A DNA stretch of 64,000 nucleotides, taken from positions 10,292,001 to 10,356,000 of the forward strand of contig OZ024766.1 in NCBI GenBank assembly GCA_964016885.1. Reading direction: 5' to 3'. The translations under genes were made by a program, and so were the position numbers. Under the pieces are notes generated by a model. That model ran no database searches, was not told the origin of the DNA, and saw only the letters and a program-made list of their open reading frames with translations. Below, piece after piece: positions 11,801 through 24,972 of the stretch; the first letter of the stretch is position 1; the number at the start of each line of letters is the position of its first letter. The DNA comes from Eledone cirrhosa. Its lineage: Eukaryota.

Positions 11801-14800
11801 CCGTCGCATATCCTCTGCAGTTGCTGCCCATGTCTCACTACCATGCAGCATCGCGCTCCTCACACAAGCATCATACAACCGGCCTTTCGTACGCAGGGAG
11901 AAACCCTTCTTCGTCAACAGAGGAAGCAGCTCCCTAAACTTCTTCCAACCCGTCCTTATTCTAGATACTATGGCCTTGGAACACCCTCCTCCCATGCTAA
12001 TCTGATCTCCTAGGTACCGGAAGCTATCCACCACTTGTGTCTATCCAAAAATGTGTCTATCAGTGCGACTTCTACTGTCTAATTTTAACCCTGTTATTTT
12101 AAATATATACTTTATTTTTCCCTCTTCTCCCAGCTGATGGTGAATACTGCGTAAGTTGTGGCAGTGACAAAACCCTTAAATTGTGTGCAGTGATGGTGGT
12201 GGTTGTGGTGTTGGTGTGATATTACTGTTGGTGGTGTGGTGTTGGTGTAGTAGTGGTGTTGTGTTGTGTTGTGGTGGTGGTGTAATGTTGGAGATGTGGT
12301 GTTAACCCTGTTATTTTAAATATATACTTTATTTTTCCCTCTTCTCCCAGCTGATGGTGGTGTTGGTGGTGTTGGTGTAGTAGTGGTGTTGTGTTGTGGT
12401 GGTGGTGTAATGTTGGAGATGTGGTGTTGGTGTAGTAGTGGTGTTGGTGTAGTAGTGGTGTTGTGTTGTGGTGGTGGTGGTGGTGTAATGTTGGAGATGT
12501 GGTGTTGGTGTAGTAGTGGTGTTGTGATATTATTTTTCCCTCTTCTCCCAGCTGATGGTGGTGTTGGTGTGATATTACTGTTGGTGTAGTAGTGGTGTTG
12601 GTGTAGTAGTGGTGTTGTGTTGTGTTGTGGTGGTGGTGTAATGTTGGAGATGTGGTGTTAACCCTGTTATTTTAAATATATACTTTATTTTTCCCTCTTC
12701 TCCCAGCTGATGGCGGTGTTGGTGGTGTTGGTGTAGTAGTGGTGTTGTGTTGTGGTGGTGGTGTAATGTTGGAGATGTGGTGTTGGTGTAGTAGTGGTGT
12801 TGGTGTAGTAGTGGTGTTGTGGTGGTTGTGGTGGTGGTGGTGTAATGTTGGAGATGTGGTGTTAACCCTGTTATTTTAAATATATACTTTATTTTTCCCT
12901 CTTCTCCCAGCTGATGGTGGTGTTGGTGGTGTTGGTGTAGTAGTGGTGTTGTGGTGGTGGTAGTGGTGTAATGTTGGAGATGTGGTGTTGGTGTAGTAGT
13001 GGTGTTGTGGTGGTGGTAGTGGTGTAATGTTGGAGATGTGGTGTTGGTGTAGTAGTGGTGTTGTGGTGGTGGTAGTGGTGTAATGTTGGAGATGTGGTGT
13101 TGGTGTAGTAGTGGTGTTGTGGTGGTGGTAGTGGTGTAATGTTGGAGATGTGGTGTTGGTGTAGTAGTGGTGTTGTGTTGTGGTGGTGGTGGTGGTGTAA
13201 TGTTGGAGATGTGGTGTTAACCCTGTTATTTTAAATATATACTTTATTTTTCCCTCTTCTCCCAGCTGATGGTGAATACTGCGTAAGTTGTGGCAGTGAC
13301 AAGACCCTTAAATTGTGGAACCCCTACCGACAACTACAGCTGAAGACCTACTTAGGACATGGTTCTGAGGTTCTGGACGCTAATTCTGCCTGTGACAATG
13401 CTGCCCTTTGTTCTGGGGGTATGGACAAGTCAGTGATCTTGTGGGACGTGGCTACTGGTCAAGTAAAACGAAAATATAGAGGGCATGCAGGTAAGATTGT
13501 TGGTGGTGTGTGGTGTAGTGTAGTGTAGGTGGTGTGTGGTGTGGTGTAGTGTTGGTGGTGTGTGGTGTGGTGTAGTGTGGTGTGTGGTGTGGTGTGGTGT
13601 AGTGTTGGTGGTGTGTGGTGTAGTGTGGTGTAGTGTTGGTGGTGTGTGGTGTGGTGTAGTGTTGGTGGTGTGTGGTGTGGTGTAGTGTTGGTGGTGTGTG
13701 GTGTGGTGTAGTGTTGGTGGTGTGTGGTGTGGTGTAGTGTTGGTGGTGTGTGGTGTGGTGTAGTGTTTGTGGTGTGGTGTAGTGTTGGTGGTGTGGTGTG
13801 GTGTTGGTGGTGTGTGGTGTGGTGTGGTGTTGGTGGTGTGTGGTGTAGTGTAGTGTAGGTGGTGTGTGGTGTGGTGTGGTGTTTGTGGTGTAGTGTTGGT
13901 GGTGTGTGGTGTGGTGTGGTGTTGGTGGTGTGTGGTGTGGTGTAGTGTAGGTGGTGTGTGGTGTGGTGTAGTGTTGGTGGTGTGTGGTGTAGTGTTGATG
14001 GTGTGTGGTGTGTGGTGTGGTGTAGTGTTTGTGTGGTGTGGTGTAGTGTTGGTGGTGGAGTGTTGGTGGTGTGTGGTGTAGTGTTGGTGGTGTGTGGTGT
14101 GGTGTGGTGTAGTGTTGGTGGTGTGTGGTGTGGTGTAGTGTTGGTGGTGTGTGGTGTAGTGTTGATGGTGTGTGGTGTGTGGTGTGGTGTAGTGTTTGTG
14201 GTGTGTGGTGTGGTGTAGTGTTGGTGGTGTGTGGTGTGGTGTAGCATTGGTGGTGTGTGGTGTAGTGTTGGTGGTGTGTGGTGTAGTGTAGGTGGTGTAG
14301 TGTTGGTGGTGTGTGGTGTGGTGTAGTGTTGGTGGTGTGTGGTGTAGTGTTGGTGGTGTGTGGTGTGGTGTGGTGTTGGTGGTGTGTGGTGTAGTGTTGG
14401 TGGTGTGTGGTGTGGTGTTGGTGGTGTGTGGTGTGGTGTGGTGTAGTGTTGGTGGTGTGTGGTGTGGTGTAGTGTTGGTGGTGTGTGGTGTGGTGTAGTG
14501 TTGGTGGTGTGTGGTGTAGTGTTGGTGGTGTGTGGTGTAGTGTTGGTGGTGTGTGGTGTTGGTGGTGTGTGGTGTGGTGTAGTGTTGGTGGTGTGTGGTG
14601 TAGTGTTGGTGGTGTGTGGTGTAGTGTAGTGTTGGTGGTGTGTGGTGTGGTGTAGTGTTGGTGGTGTGTGGTGTGGTGTAGTGTTGGTGGTGTGTGGTGT
14701 GGTGTAGTGTTGGTGGTGTGTGGTGTGGTGTAGTGTTGGTGGTGTGTGGTGTGGTGTAGTGTTGGTGGTGTGTGGTGTAGTGTTGGTGGTGTGTGGTGTG

Positions 14801-17800
14801 GTGTAGTGTTGGTGGTGTGTGGTGTAGTGTTGGTGGTGTGTGGTGTAGTGTAGTGTTGGTGGTGTGTGGTGTGGTGTAGTGTTGGTGGTGTGTGGTGTGG
14901 TGTAGTGTTGGTGGTGTGTGGTGTAGTGTTGGTGGTGTGTGGTGTGGTGTAGTGTTGGTGGTGTGTGGTGTAGTGTTGGTGGTGTGTGGTGTAGTGTGGT
15001 GTAGTGTTGGTGGTGTGTGGTGTGGTGTGGTGTAGTGTTGGTGGTGTGTGGTGTAGTGTAGTGTTGGTGGTGTGTGGTGTGGTGTAGTGTTGGTGGTGTG
15101 TGGTGTAGTGTAGTGTTGGTGGTGTGTGGTGTGGTGTAGCGTTGGTGGTGTGTGGTGTGGTGTAGTGTTGGTGGTGTGGTGTAGTGTTGGTGGTGTGTGG
15201 TGTGGTGTGGTGTAGTGTTGGTGGTGTGTGGTGTGGTGTGGTGTAGTGTTGGTGGTGTGTGGTGTGGTGTGGTGTAGTGTTGGTGGTGTGTGGTGTGGTG
15301 TGGTGTAGTGTTGGTGGTGTGTGGTGTGGTGTGGTGTAGTGTTGGTGGTGTGTGGTGTAGTGTTGGTGGTGTGTGGTGTGGTGTAGTGTAGTGTTGGTGG
15401 TGTGTGGTGTGGTGTGGTGTAGTGTTGGTGGTGTGTGGTGTAGTGTGGTGTAGTTTTGGTGGTGTGTGGTGTAGTGTTGGTGGTGTGTGGTGTAGTGTAG
15501 TGTTGGTGGTGTGTGGTGTGGTGTAGTGTTGGTGGTGTGGTGTAGTGTTGGTGGTGTGTGGTGTAGTGTAGTGTTGGTGGTGTGGTGTAGTGTTGGTGGT
15601 GTGTGGTGTGGTGTAGTGTAGGTGGTGTGTGGTGTAGTGTTGGTGGTGTGTGGTGTGGTGTAGTGTTGGTGGTGTGTGGTGTGGTGTAGTGTTGGTGGTG
15701 TGTGGTGTGGTGTAGTGTTGGTGGTGTGTGGTGTGGTGTAGTGTTGGTGGTGTGTGGTGTGGTGTAGTGTTTGTGGTGTGGTGTAGTGTTGGTGGTGTGG
15801 TGTGGTGTTGGTGGTGTGTGGTGTGGTGTGGTGTTGGTGGTGTGTGGTGTAGTGTAGTGTAGGTGGTGTGTGGTGTGGTGTGGTGTTTGTGGTGTAGTGT
15901 TGGTGGTGTGTGGTGTGGTGTGGTGTTGGTGGTGTGTGGTGTGGTGTAGTGTAGGTGGTGTGTGGTGTGGTGTAGTGTTGGTGGTGTGTGGTGTAGTGTT
16001 GATGGTGTGTGGTGTGTGGTGTGGTGTAGTGTTTGTGTGGTGTGGTGTAGTGTTGGTGGTGGAGTGTTGGTGGTGTGTGGTGTAGTGTTGGTGGTGTGTG
16101 GTGTGGTGTGGTGTAGTGTTGGTGGTGTGTGGTGTGGTGTAGTGTTGGTGGTGTGTGGTGTAGTGTTGATGGTGTGTGGTGTGTGGTGTGGTGTAGTGTT
16201 TGTGTGGTGTGGTGTAGTGTTGGTGGTGTGTGGTGTGGTGTAGCATTGGTGGTGTGTGGTGTAGTGTTGGTGGTGTGTGGTGTAGTGTAGGTGGTGTGTG
16301 GTGTGGTGTAGTGTTGGTGGTGTGTGGTGTGGTGTAGTGTTGGTGGTGTGTGGTGTAGTGTTGGTGGTGTGTGGTGTTGGTGGTGTGTGGTGTGGTGTAG
16401 TGTTGGTGGTGTGTGGTGTGGTGTGGTGTGGTGGTGTGTAGTGTTGGTGTGGTGTAGTGTAGGTGGTGTGTGGTGTGGTGTAGTGTAGGTGGTGTGTGGT
16501 GTAGTGTAGGTGGTGTGTGGTGTAGTGTTGGTGGTGTATGGTGTGGTGTAGTGTTGGTGGTGTGTGGTGTAGTGTTGGTGGTGTGGTGTAGTGTTTGTGT
16601 GGTGTGGTGTAGTGTTGGTGGTGTGTGGTGTAGTGTAGTGTAGGTGGTGTGTGGTGTGGTGTAGTGTAGGTGGTGTGTGGTGTGTGGTGTGGTGTAGTGT
16701 TTGTGGTGTGGTGTGTGGTGTAGTTTTGGTGGTGTGTGGTGTAGTGTTGGTGGTGTGGTGTAGTGGTGTAGTGTTGGTGGTGTGTGGTGTGGTGTAGTGT
16801 TGGTGGTGTGTGGTGTGTAGTGTTTGTGGTGTGTGGTGTAGTGTTGGTGTGGTGTGGTGTTGGTGGTGTGTGGTGTGGTGTAGTGTTGGTGGTGTGTGGT
16901 GTAGTGTTGGTGGTGTGTGGTGTGGTGTAGTGTTGGTGGTGTGTGGTGTGGTGTAGTGTTGGTGGTGTGTGGTGTGTGTTGTGGTGTAGTGTTTGTGGTG
17001 TGTGGTGTGGTGTAGTGTTGGTGGTGTGTGGTGTAGTGTAGTGTTGGTGGTGTGTGGTGTGGTGTAGTGTTGGTGGTGTGTGGTGTGGTGTAGTGTTGGT
17101 GGTGTGTGGTGTGGTGTAGTGTTGGTGGTGTGTGGTGTGGTGTAGTGTTGGTGGTGTGTGGTGTGTAGTGTTTGTGGTGTGTGGTGTAGTGTTGGTGTGG
17201 TGTGGTGTGGTGTTGGTGGTGTGTGGTGTGGTGTAGTGTTGGTGGTGTGTGGTGTGGTGTGTGGTGTGGTGTAGTGTTGGTGGTGTGTGGTGTGGTGTAG
17301 TGTTGGTGGTGTGTGGTGTGGTGTAGTGTTGGTGGTGTGTGGTGTAGTGTTGGTGTGGTGTGGTGTGGTGTTGGTGGTGTGTGGTGTGGTGTAGTGTAGG
17401 TGGTGTGTGGTGTGGTGTAGTGTAGGTGGTGTGTGGTGTAGTGTAGGTGGTGTGTGGTGTAGTGTTTGTGGTGTGTGGTGTAGTGTTGGTGGTGTGTCGT
17501 GTGGTGTAGTGTTGGTGGTGTGTGGTGTGGTGTAGTGTAGGTGGTGTGTGGTGTGGTGTAGTGTAGGTGGTGTGTGGTGTAGTGTTTGTGGTGTAGTGTA
17601 GGTGGTGTGTGGTGTGGTGTAGTGTTTGTGGTGTAGTGTTGGTGGTGTGTGGTGTGGTGTTGGTGGTGTGTGGTGTGGTGTGGTGTAGTGTTGGTGGTGT
17701 GTGGTGTAGTGTTGGTGGTGTGGTGTAGTGTTGGTGGTGTGTGGTGTGGTGTAGTGTTGGTGGTGTGTGGTGTGGTGTGGTGTTGGTGGTGTGTGGTGTA

Positions 17801-18180
17801 GTGTTGGTGGTGTGTGGTGTAGTGTTGGTGGTGTAGTGGTGGTGGTGTGTGGTGTAGTGTAGTGGTGTGGTGTAGTGTTGGTGGTGTGTGGTGTAGTGTT
17901 GGTGGTGTAGTGGTGGTGGGGTGGTGTTGGTGGTGCGTGGTGTAGTGTAGTGGTGTGGTGTGTGGTGTACTGTTGGTGGTGTGTGGTGTAGTGTTGGTGG
18001 TGGGTGTAGTGTTGGTGGTGTGTGGTGTAGTGTTGGTGGTGTGTGGTGTAGTGTTGGTGGTGTGGTGTGTGTGGTGTAGTGTTGGTATTTTTGCTCAGAA
18101 CACTCCCTGAAACATAAGTATTACATGTGTAAAGTTTGAAAACAGTCGGTTGGGTGCTTCTCGAGCTTTAGGGATACAAA

Positions 18181-18241
<61 letters not shown>

Positions 18242-18559
18242 ACACAGCCATCCTCAGTTCTATACATATATATAGATTATCACATTGTCTGTCATATCAA
18301 CCCTGATAGCATATCCGTCGTGTCTGTCTGACATGTGTCAATAACACCTGCCCCCTTCCTGTCAACAGGTACCGTCAGCTGCGTCAAATTCAACGAGGAG
18401 TCAACCATTATCCTCTCAGGCTCCGTCGATGGAACTATACTCTGCTGGGACAGTCGTAGCAGGAAGTCAGAACCCATCCAGGTTGGTTGCCCCTTTCGCC
18501 TCTTTCTTCTCTTCATACCATGACTGCTGCTGCTACTACTACTACTGCTACTTTTACTG

Positions 18560-18591
<32 letters not shown>

Positions 18592-21255
18592 ACTACAAAT
18601 TTATATGTACTATTTCACACTGTAAAGTGGTCATGTAGGTGTCACAACAAAAAACACCCAGTCCACACTGTAAAGTGGTCATGTAGGTGTCACGACAAAA
18701 AGCACCCAGTCCACACTGTAAAGTGGTCATGTAGGTGTCACAACAAAAAAACACCCAGTCCACACTGTATAGTGGTAGTGTCGGTGTCACGACAAAAAGC
18801 ACCCAGTCCACACTGTAGAGTGGTCATGTAGGTGTCACAACAAAAAAACACCCAGTCCACACTGTATAGTGGTAGTGTCGGTGTCACGACAAAAAGCACC
18901 CAGTCCACACTGTAGAGTGGTCATGTAGGTGTCACGACAAAAAGCACCCAGTCCACACTGTAGAGTGGTCATGTAGGTGTCACGATAAAAAGTACCCAGT
19001 CCTCACTGTAAATGAGGTTGGCGTTAGGTGGGACATCCAGCTGTAGAAACCATGCCAAAGTATGTGTTGCATGTGGTCCTAGATGTGTGTATTATCTGAT
19101 TATGAGTTGTATGTGGTCTCTGGATTGAGAGATCACAGCTCTGATACTATAGACATGTGGTTAGAATATCTCAGGAAAGAATCTCTGAATTGAAAGATCA
19201 CAGCTCTGATACTACAGACATGTGGTTAGAATGTCTCAGGAAAGAATCTCTGAATTGAGAGATCACAGCTCTGATACTATGGACATGTGGTTAGAATGTC
19301 TCAGGAAAGAATCTCTGAACTGAGAGACCATAGCTCTGATACTATAGACATGTGGTTAGAATGTCTCAGGAAAGAATCTCTGGATTGAGAGATCACAGCT
19401 CTGATACTATGGACATGTGGTTAGAATGTCTCAGGAAAGAATCTCTGAATTGAGAGATCACAGCTCTGATACTATGGACATGTGGTTAGAATGTCTCAGG
19501 AAAGAATCTCTGAATTGAGAGATCACAGCTCTGATACTATGGACATGTGGTTAGAATGTCTCAGGAAAGAATCTCTGAACTGAGAGACCATAGCTCTGAT
19601 ACTATAGACATGTGGTTAGAATGTCTCAGGAAAGAATCTCTGAATTGAGAGATCACAGCTCTGATACTATGGACATGTGGTTAGAATGTCTCAGGAAAGA
19701 ATCTCTGAACTGAGAGACCATAGCTCTGATACTATAGACATGTGGTTAGAATGTCTCAGGAAAGAATCTCTGAACTGAGAGACCATAGCTCTGATACTAT
19801 AGACATGTGGTTAGAATGTCTCAGGAAAGAATCTCTGAATTGAGAGATCACAGCTCTGATACTATGGACATGTGGTTAGAATGTCTCAGGAAAGAATCTC
19901 TGAACTGAGAGACCATAGCTCTGATACTATAGACATGTGGTTAGAATGTCTCAGGAAAGAATCTCTGAACTGAGAGACCATAGCTCTGATACTATAGACA
20001 TGTGGTTAGAATGTCTCAGGAAAGAATCTCTGAATTGAGAGATCACAGCTCTGATACTATGGACATGTGGTTAGAATGTCTCAGGAAAGAATCTCTGAAC
20101 TGAGAGACCATAGCTCTGATACTATAGACATGTGGTTAGAATGTCTCAGGAAAGAATCTCTGAATTGAGAGATCACAGCTCTGATACTATGGACATGTGG
20201 TTAGAATGTCTCAGGAAAGAATCTCTGAACTGAGAGACCATAGCTCTGATACTATGGACATGTGGTTAGAATGTCTCAGGAAAGAATCTCTGAACTGAGA
20301 GACCATAGCTCTGATACTATAGACATGTGGTTAGAATGTCTCAGGAAAGAATCTCTGAATTGAGAGATCACAGCTCTGATACTATGGACATGTGGTTAGA
20401 ATGTCTCAGGAAAGAATCTCTGAACTGAGAGACCATAGCTCTGATACTATGGACATGTGGTTAGAATGTCTCAGGAAAGAATCTCTGAATTGAGAGATCA
20501 CAGCTCTGATACTATGGACATGTGGTTAGAATGTCTCAGGAAAGAATCTCTGAATTGAGAGACCACGTCTGGTGGGTTTTCTACGGCTGGATGCCCTTCC
20601 AAACACCAACCATGTTTACAGTGTGTACTGGGAGGTTTTTACCGTGTTACCTACACGGCCACATTACAGCGTGGACTGTGTGTTTTTTTGTCGTGACACC
20701 TACACGACCTCATTTAATTTGGACTGGATGTTATGGTACCAACATAACTTTACAGAGGAAGGGGTGGTGTTGGTGGGAGTGTGGGGGGGGGGGGGGTAGA
20801 GTATGTATATATATGTATATATATATATATAATATATATATATATATATAGGAGGTGAGTTTTATTGTAGTACAATAAAGCAATGCAGATATCGGATAAG
20901 AAGCACTCTACAGTTTGTAGGACTGGAGTATACATAATATATAAGATCAAAAGATGGTTAAAAGAGTTCCATGTATTTTATTATGCGCATTTCAAAAACA
21001 AACATCATCATGCAATAATATTTGTGTTTTCATCAGATAAAACAGGAGAACATGATATGAAGGCTAAAAAACACTTGTGGATAGTGCAGTTTTAAATCAA
21101 CATATGTAAAACTGCACTATCCACAAGTGTTTTTTAGCCTTCATATCATGTTCTCCTGTTTTATCTGATGAAAACACAAATATCATCGCATGATGATGTT
21201 TGTTTTTGAAATGCGCATAATAAAATACATGGAACTCCTTTAACCATCTTTTGAT

Positions 21256-21325
<70 letters not shown>

Positions 21326-22239
21326 CGTGCTCTCTCTTCTTCAGAAACTAAACGAAGCCAAAGACAGTGTCACTTCGATCCAGGTATCGGAACATGAAAT
21401 ATTATCTGGGTCAGCTGACTGTTATATCCGCAGGTATGACCTGAGAATCGGACGCCTCACTTGTGATTATGTTGGAAGTGAGTATATATACATATGTGTG
21501 TGTGTTTGTATGTGTTTGTATCATCATCATCATCATCATCATCGTTTAACGTCCATATTCCACGCTCGCATGGGTTTGGACGGGAGTTTTCCCACTTGAG
21601 GCAAGATTGGTTGTCCTGCTCGTATAGGACTGTCTGGCGGGTTTTCTACAGCTGGATGCCCTTCCTAACACCAACCACGTTTACAGTGTGGGGCTGGGAG
21701 GTATTTACCGTGTTGCCTACACGGCCACATTACAGCGTGGACTGTCTGGCGGGTTTTCTACAGCTGGATGCCCTTCCTAACACCAACCACATTTACAGTG
21801 TGGGGCTGGGAGGTTTTTACCGTGTTGCCTACACGGCCACATTACAGCGTGGACTGTCTGGCGGGTTTTCTACAGCTGGATGCCCTTCCTAACACCAACC
21901 ACATTTACAGTGTGGGGCTGGGAGGTTTTTACCGTGTTGCCTACACGGCCACATTACAGCGTGGACTATCTGGCGGGTTTTCTACAGCTGGATACCCTTC
22001 CTAACACCAAACACATTTACAGTGTGGGGCTGGGAGGTTTTTAACCGTGTTGCCTACACGGCCACATTACAGCGTGGACTGTGTGTTTTTTTTGTCGTGA
22101 CACCTACACGATCTCATTTGTTTCGGCCTGGATGTTGTGGGACCAACATAACTTTACATTGAAAGGGGCGGTGTGGATGGGATATATATGTGTGTGTGTG
22201 TGTGTGTGTGTCTCTGACTCTATATATACTGTATACAGT

Positions 22240-22275
<36 letters not shown>

Positions 22276-22687
22276 CAGAGTACCCGACCTCCCATGGGTA
22301 CAAGCTGAAGCATATAAACAATATGCCCCCACACGCTCCCACTGCAAAGTGGTCGAGGAGGTGCCACGGCAAAAAAGCACCCAGCACTCACTCTAAAGTG
22401 GACGGGTAGGCGCCACGGAAAAAAAAGCACCCAGCACTCACTGTAAATGAGGTTGGTGTTAGGAGGGGCATCCAGCTGTAGAAATCAAGCCAGAATTTTA
22501 TCTGATGAGGACGTACTGTTGAACCTGATTCAAGTACCTCTGAAATATGTATAATAAAATTTAATTGATCACAGGAATATCTATTTTGTTAATATTTGAA
22601 TTTATATTAATAACTCTGGAAAATATTTTCTTGTAGAGTGCTTCCAATCTACTGTAAAACTCATTCTTTGTTTAACTTGTTTAACTC

Positions 22688-22732
<45 letters not shown>

Positions 22733-24877
22733 TATATTCATGTACAGATATTTGTGCATACACAATAACAAAATATAAACAAATGTATTTATTTCACGAG
22801 GCTTGATAAGGATAAATATATGTTCATTTTACTGATGTTTGTTCACTGCCCTATGTACTGTACATGCTCTTTTTTTATGAGTTGTGGTGCACCTGGGCAC
22901 TGTACACAATATTTCATTATTGTTATTATATCATGACTCATACACTGTTCATTTTCCTGACATTTGTACATTATTCTATGTACTATACATGCACCTTTGA
23001 TGAGTTGTAGTGCACCTGAGCACTGTACACAATAATTTCATTATTATTATTATTATTATTATTATATCAAATATATAAGAACCCTAGAGCAAATCCCGAA
23101 CAACGCCGGGCCATTCTGCTAGTATATATATATAATATATAATATTATATATATATATATCTATATATATATATATATTTATCATCATCATCATCATCAT
23201 CATCATCATTTAAGTCCGCTTTTCCCTGCTTGCAAGGGTGGGATGGGTCTTATTCAGCACAGCATCTCTCCACTTGTCACGGTCCTTCGTCATCTCTGTG
23301 AGCTTCAGCGATCTGAGGTCTGTTCTCACCACCTCCGCCCATGTTTTTCGTGGTCTACCTCTACCACGTCTTCCTTCAACTGGCATTTCCTGGCACTTCT
23401 TCACCCAGTGGTCATCCTCCATCACATGTTCATACCACCTCAGTCTCCTCTCCCGTACACTACATTCTATCCCTCTCAGACACAGTTTCTCTCTCAACAC
23501 ATCCATGCTGGGTTGTTCACGCACATAGACATTGCACATCTAACGGAGCATGCTTGCCTCATTTCTCTCCAGCCATCGCATATCCTCTGCAGACTTTGCA
23601 ATTGTCTCACCAAGAAGAGGGCATCTGTTGTACTCTTCCCAGGCACAAAACCAAACTGCATCTCATCTAGTTTGACCCTTTCTCTAATCAGTTGCACTAA
23701 TATCCTTTCTGCCACTTTCATAACCTGATCCATCAGTTTTATACCTCTATAATTGCTCCTCTCCAGAGCATCCCCTTTACCTTTGTAGCAATATATGAGA
23801 ATACTGCTGCACCAATCTTTGGGTATGACACCACCATATATAGCCTGATTGATGATGAGTGCAACCAGTTTAGTGCCTACGTCCCCTGATGCCTTCAGCA
23901 TCTCAGCAACTATCCCTGATGGTTCAGCAGCCTTCCCATTTTTCATTTCCTTAATCGCCCCTGGGACCCTATATTCGTCAATCTTAATAGCTGGTCCCTC
24001 TGTCGGATCTACTGAGGGTAATTTCTCTCTCTCCCATACATTCTCCACATCAATTTCTCATAATGACATTTCCAGGTCTCCCTTTTCTGATCATTTGTGA
24101 CACTAAGTACATTCTGGACACATTTATCTCCAACAATATCCTGATTAGCATTGACACACTGCCTTGCAATGTGGAACACCGCGCGCCTCTGATCTTCCTG
24201 TCGCAGAACATTGGCAAACCTCCTACTCTCAGCTTCCCTGCGTGCTAAGTACACCTGACGTCTAGCTTCTCTCTTAGCGGCTGTATATCCTTCTCTACTA
24301 CCACCCTTTTTCCATGCCTTCCATGCTAGTCTTTTGTCTCTAATGGCCTTATCTACTGTGCTGTACCACCACCAGGTCACTCTCTGTCTGGTTGGAGCTC
24401 TGCTCCAGCCACAAGTTTCATCAGTAGCCTGCTGTAAGTTGTCACGCAAGAAATTCCAGTTATCATCTATGTCATACAACTCTAAATCGTCTTCTTTTTC
24501 GTCATACACATCTTGAAGGGCTTTCCTAAATTTGTATTTTAGTGAAAGGCCTTTTAGCTTCCAGACCTTTCTTCTTCACACCTTCCTGTATGTCTCATTC
24601 CATCTCTTGCTTACTGAGATATCACTAACGACTAACCTATGCTGTGGGGTACATTCTTCCCCAGAGTATACCTTGGTATTTGACACCATCTGCTTGTCCC
24701 GCTGCCTAACTAGTAAGAAGTCATATATATCATCATCATCTTCATTTAATGTCCATCTTCCATGCTAGCATGGGTTAGATGGGAGTTGTCCCACTTGAGG
24801 CAAGGTTGGTCGGGTGACCGTGTCTCGCTCGTATAGGACTATCTGGCAGGTTTTCTATATATATATATATATTATAT

Positions 24878-24972
<95 letters not shown>

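Noticed and set aside
13430-16246. 938-aa His/Thr/Pro-rich ORF
   Set aside because: Translation of the GT satellite antisense to intron 2; lack of stops follows from base composition.
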